Assembly (NCBI GenBank): GCA_963733675.1
Contig: CAVTET010000001.1
Coordinates: 256,001 to 320,000, forward strand
Direction of reading: 5' to 3'
Length of the DNA: 64,000 nt
Source: an uncultured Methanosarcinaceae archaeon
GTDB taxonomy: Archaea > Halobacteriota > Methanosarcinia > Methanosarcinales > Methanosarcinaceae
Both the position numbers and the translations under genes were made by a program. Of the stretch, positions 59,427 through 64,000 are shown in pieces; position 1 is the stretch's first letter, and the number at the start of each line of letters is the position of its first letter. The notes beneath the pieces are model-generated. The model searched no databases. It was not told the DNA's origin and saw nothing but the letters and a program-made list of their open reading frames with translations.

Positions 59427-59893
59427 TTAGATCTCCAGCACTTTTACAGCCAGATCGGCGTTGATAACATAATCAAAGTTGATTATTTTATCCCATTTCT
59501 GCTGCATGAACATAGACTGAAAACATAATCCGATAATTCTTTTTTTCCCGAATTTTCGAGGACCTTTCTGGCAATTTCGTTTGCTTTTTCAGGATGTATC
59601 CCCGTTTTCGACATTGCAAGTCCACCGAGCAGGACGATCAAATCAGCATGTGCATCTGTGAGCTCTCCAAGCTGCATACCCTCAGGAGTCATATGGATCG
59701 ATCTAGCTTTCTCGAAGTCTAGATTGGGGATGAAGGCAAGTTTTTTATCCCGGACTACAAAACTTAGAAGTTCAGCAAAGGGAGTGCAGAAACCTGGCGT
59801 TCCCAAAAAAGTGATCTTTTCTGCTCCTTCTGCAAGGTCCCTGAAATTGTTCAGGATACCTCCTACTCCTTGTGAGGTGTTTATTATTGACAT
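59427..59893 (-). CDS. DUF2124 family protein; frameshift in an A-run near 59540
   Basis: GTPGFCTPFAEL, LLGGLAM; shifted frame continues IIGLCFQSMF..KW..FDYVINADL. Confidence 0.8.
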
Positions 59894-60639
59894 AAAAATG
59901 TTCTCCTTATTGAGCTTTCATTAAACTTCTGTTTTTGAGTACTCTCTGTAGTAGTATATATCTCTACTATGATATTGAGGTTATTACCTCAAATAAGTTG
60001 AGTTGATTAGCTCATCCAAAAACAAAGGCAAGAAATGTATTGCTTATATATATTGGCTCAAGATTAGGAAACTGACATGGAAATTATCCCAAAATAATTA
60101 TTTATTGCCTAGGTTATTTAGTAACAGGAATTAACTGTTTTTTGTATTCAATTTATTGCTTAGAGTAACTGTTCTATTTGGGATCTGAAATAGCTTTTGT
60201 AAGTAGTTCTCATTTTTCATAGGTTAAATATTTTTATGCACAACTTGAATACTAAATATAGAGATTTTCCGACTTTAATTTGAGATTTGCTAGTATAAAA
60301 ACAGCGCTCTATAGACCTTTCTTTAGACATTTTGTGTCTTTTTGATAATCCTTATTTATCTTTATATAAATTACTTAACATATTCCATCTATCAATTTTG
60401 CTTGCAGAGGGCTGTACTGATAAAAGATAAGAAAATTTAAGCAGGACAAAACACCTTATATTGCATTGGCTTAAGAAGTAAGATCTATGAGATATTTTTA
60501 AGTATACAGTTAATTGTTCTACAGGGTTTAATGTACTCTAACTCAAATAATCCATAAATTCGTATTTGTGTAACCTGCAAGACAATAGGCTGGAGGTGTT
60601 TATTTTATACAAGGAAAGAATAGTCAACTACGGGATCCC

Positions 60640-61326
60640 ATGTCCTATCTGGAAGATAAAAACTCCTTAAGGTGCGAAGCTATAAGCTTTAATTATGTTT
60701 TAAGGCTTTCCAAAATTCTTTCCCGAAAAATCAGAGTATCGGGTTATGTTCCTGATATAATTGTTGCCATCGGGAGGGGCGGCTATGTGCCTGGGAGGCT
60801 GATTTCAGATTTATTGCTTTTCAATAACCTTATTTCAATGAGGATTGAGCATTACGCAAGAGCGTCAGAAATGCGGCCAGAGTCAAATATTCGGTTCCCA
60901 ATTTCTGTGGATATAACTGGAAAAAAAGTGCTGATTGTTGATGATTTGACTGATACAGGTGACACACTTAACCTTGCAGTGAACTATATATGGAGTCTTA
61001 AGCCAGTTGAGGTAAGGACTGCAGTGCTCCAGCACAAGAACTGTTCTACATATGTGCCTGACTTTTATGCCCAAAAAATTGTCAAATGGCGATGGGTCAT
61101 CTATCCCTGGGCTCGGTACGAAGATATTGCTGGATTTATAGAAAAGATCATCTTGAACAGGGCCCTGGATGTTCTCCACATTATATCCGAGTTTAAGGCT
61201 AGATACGATTTAGATATCAAGAAGAAAGAGCTTCTAGAAATCCTGGATTATTTAACTGAAAAGGGAGAAATCGAATGTATAGATGGGAATATACCTGCAT
61301 GGAGAGTTTCGAGAGATAACATTTGA
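60640..61326 (+). CDS. Type I phosphoribosyltransferase
   Basis: VAIGRGG, VLIVDDLTDTGDT, PDFY..W..YPW. Confidence 0.9.
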   Translation: MSYLEDKNSLRCEAISFNYVLRLSKILSRKIRVSGYVPDIIVAIGRGGYVPGRLISDLLLFNNLISMRIEHYARASEMRPESNIRFPISVDITGKKVLIVDDLTDTGDTLNLAVNYIWSLKPVEVRTAVLQHKNCSTYVPDFYAQKIVKWRWVIYPWARYEDIAGFIEKIILNRALDVLHIISEFKARYDLDIKKKELLEILDYLTEKGEIECIDGNIPAWRVSRDNI

Positions 61327-61519
61327 GGGTCTTTCCCATGAGTTGTTGAAAATAGCAGATCAAACACTCTCTTCATATTTTTCAAAAAATTGAGATGGTT
61401 TTTCAGAAACCAAATCCTTTTCAAATATCTATTTATGAGAATATAGCATCTGGGACGCGTATCCATAGTGAAAATAAACTGGCTATATGTTGCATTGTCA
61501 AGCATATCCTCTATTTAGC

Positions 61520-61879
61520 TACCTTCTGAAATGAATCTTCAGACGGGATATGTATTTTGCCTACTCTCTTAGCTGCCGGCAACAGCCTAGGCTCTGATTG
61601 CCAGGACTCTGGCAGTAAAACCTGAAATCATTCTTTTAGATGAATCTTGCAGTGCTCTTGATCCTGTGTCCACTTCAAAGATTGAAGAGCTTATACTGAC
61701 CTTAACAAAGATTATACTATAGTAATAGTAACCCACAATATGTAGCATGTAGCCAGATATGAGACAATATCGTATTTTTCCTTATGGGTGAATTTATTGA
61801 GTTTGGACAAACTAGATAAATTTTTCATAACCCTAGTGAACGCTGTACTGAGAATTACATTACAGGTAAGTTTGGGTGA
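61520..61879 (+). pseudogene. pstB: PstB phosphate ABC ATPase 3' remnant
   Basis: [39 protein letters not shown]. Confidence 0.85.
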
Positions 61880-62320
61880 TTTATAATAACCGGAATAGTA
61901 TCATAACTGGATCTGCTCACAGAGTCTGTATGGGAAAAAATTCATGTTATTTTTAGAAATTATATGGTTGTATTTATATATTTTGAAGTAAAGATTGCTA
62001 AAAGGAAGCTTGTTTTTGAGACAGAAGTAAATAAAGTAGAGGAAGGAATTGAAATTTCTATTTGTGACCTACTTAAGCTCTATAAGCCTATAGCTAACTA
62101 TTTACAGCTTAGTAGTTCTCTGTTTTCAAGATATCATCGAATCTCAAAAATATTGTAGGGCTATTAATCAATATTACATAAATTTCCGGAGAAGGCGATT
62201 ACTAAAAATGGAATTAAGAATTACGGAAAAAGTTCTTTGATAACTATTGAGTAAAGAATGTAACCAAATAAGAATAGTTATTCGTAACTATTGGTTTTAA
62301 GTATATTTTTAAACATATAG

Positions 62321-63709
62321 ATGCAAATGCCTGATATTCTTATAAAAAATACAAGGATCTATCACAATAATTATCTTCAGCCTGCAGAAATCATTATTAA
62401 AGGTAGCAAGGTTATAAAAATTGGGAAAGACCTCCGAGTATCGAGTTCTGATCTGATTATAGATGCTGATGGTGCTCTTACCCTACCTGCAGGAATTGAC
62501 GTGCATGTTCATTTCAGAGAGCCCGGCATGACAACAAAGGAAAATTGGTATACAGGTTCTTGTGCTGCAGCTGCTGGAGGAATTACTACTGTCATAGACC
62601 AGCCAAATACTATTCCCCCTACAACGGACAGGCGATCTTTTGAACAAAAACTTAAACTTGCCAGAAGAAAGTCCATTATTGATTTTGGGATCAATGGTGG
62701 GGTAACGGGGAATATAAATAATTTAGAAAAGCTCTGGAAATCAGGAGTTACTGCTTTTGGAGAAATTTTCATGGCTGAGTCTACAGGTGGGTTAAATATC
62801 ACGGAAAAGATATTCAATGAAGCCCTCTCCGAAATTAAAAGACTCGGAGCCCTTGCAAGTATCCATGCTGAAGACGAAGAGATATGCTTCGAGCTGGAAA
62901 GGCTTCAAAAGGGAGATGTTTCTTATGACTATCATTCAAAAGTACGCCCCAATGAATGCGAAGCAGTTGCTGTTCAAAAAGCCCTTGAGATTATTTCCAA
63001 ACTAAAAGTTAAGGCACATTTTTGCCATATAAGCACCCTTGAAGCTATAGGCCTTATAAGAAAAGAAAAATTTCTTGCGAGAAGGGAAAACAAAATACCT
63101 TTTTCTACTTGTGAAGTTACTCCGCATCACCTTTTTCTTTCTATACGGAACTGTGAGAAACTCAGATCTTTTGGCAAAATGAATCCACCTCTTCGGGGCA
63201 GCCACAGTATCAAAGCTCTGGTAAACGGGATAAATGATGGAACTATTGATATGGTAGCTTCAGATCACGCTCCACATCTTGAATCCGAAAAGGATACTGA
63301 TCTAAGGTTTGCTCCCTCCGGTGTGCCTGGAGTTGAAACTCTTATGCCTCTCATGCTTGCCGCAGTCAGGAAAAATATCCTTCCCCTTGGAAAGATGATA
63401 ATGATTACAAGCTGGAATCCAGCAAAGTCTTTCGGGCTTGATCGTCATGATAAAGGCAGGCTTGAAGTAGGTTTTGATGCGGATCTTATAATTGTGGATC
63501 CGCGTGTTCTTCAACCTATTAAAGCTGAGACGCTACATAGTAAAGCTGGTTGGACACCTTTTGAAGGCATGGATGCAGTCTTCCCGAAGTATACTTTATC
63601 CAGAGGCGAGGTTATATGGATTGAGGAATCCATTGATGCAAGGCCTGGGAGGGGCAATTTCTTGGGAGGCGATGGGAGAAAATCAGAAGAAGACTTCGAA
63701 GAAACTTAA
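62321..63709 (+). CDS. pyrC: Dihydroorotase
   Basis: DVHVHFREPG, CEVTPHHL, KMNPPLR, ASDHAPH, GWTPFEG. Confidence 0.93.
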   Translation: MQMPDILIKNTRIYHNNYLQPAEIIIKGSKVIKIGKDLRVSSSDLIIDADGALTLPAGIDVHVHFREPGMTTKENWYTGSCAAAAGGITTVIDQPNTIPPTTDRRSFEQKLKLARRKSIIDFGINGGVTGNINNLEKLWKSGVTAFGEIFMAESTGGLNITEKIFNEALSEIKRLGALASIHAEDEEICFELERLQKGDVSYDYHSKVRPNECEAVAVQKALEIISKLKVKAHFCHISTLEAIGLIRKEKFLARRENKIPFSTCEVTPHHLFLSIRNCEKLRSFGKMNPPLRGSHSIKALVNGINDGTIDMVASDHAPHLESEKDTDLRFAPSGVPGVETLMPLMLAAVRKNILPLGKMIMITSWNPAKSFGLDRHDKGRLEVGFDADLIIVDPRVLQPIKAETLHSKAGWTPFEGMDAVFPKYTLSRGEVIWIEESIDARPGRGNFLGGDGRKSEEDFEET

Positions 63710-64000
63710 TAAAGCACAGTCGTAATGACAAATGATATTTCTTTAACAAAAAAGAAAAGTATTTGATAAAAAAATTTAATTCAATTATTTAAGTGAAAAA
63801 TTAAGTATGTTTATGGAGATTAGTTTTTACTAATCAATATAAATCAATTGAGTCTAGCTGGGACTGCATAAGTTCTTGATGCTTTTTTTCCAGGAACTTA
63901 TAAACTACTCCGTGGGTAGCCCCATCAAGTAGCATCTTTATGGCTGTTCTTATTATAGTATTTTGTTCAGGGTAACCAAGAATTGATACAGTTTTCCCGT

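Overview
AT-rich archaeal chromosome segment that is very likely Methanosarcina. This is inferred from the protein families and gene order, not from a database search. Intact housekeeping genes (GGPP synthase 3' end, five tRNAs, a SAMP/MoaD-like protein, aIF2-beta, rpl10e, Ala dehydrogenase, serA, F420:NADP oxidoreductase, NAD kinase, type II GAPDH, pheA, a PRTase, pyrC) sit among an unusually large number of broken genes. Broken genes include htpX, catalase, a cupin, RPA, DUF2284, malic enzyme, FBPase/IMPase, a PAS histidine kinase, a GT4, an MBL hydrolase, pstB and a tRNA-Leu. The window also holds IS remnants (IS21, IS200/605, IS701, two IS5, IS6) and at least three MITE families. The most notable observations are: (1) a full-length radical SAM/SPASM homolog that has lost essentially all cluster-ligating cysteines; (2) a tandem pair of small secreted repeat proteins, one with articulin-like 12-residue VPV repeats; (3) an IS6 transposase interrupted only by one UAG at a conserved Lys, a possible pyrrolysine readthrough; (4) an IS6 derivative that appears to be a newly formed two-left-end MITE; (5) genome-erosion-level pseudogenization. 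Boundaries of degraded elements are approximate.
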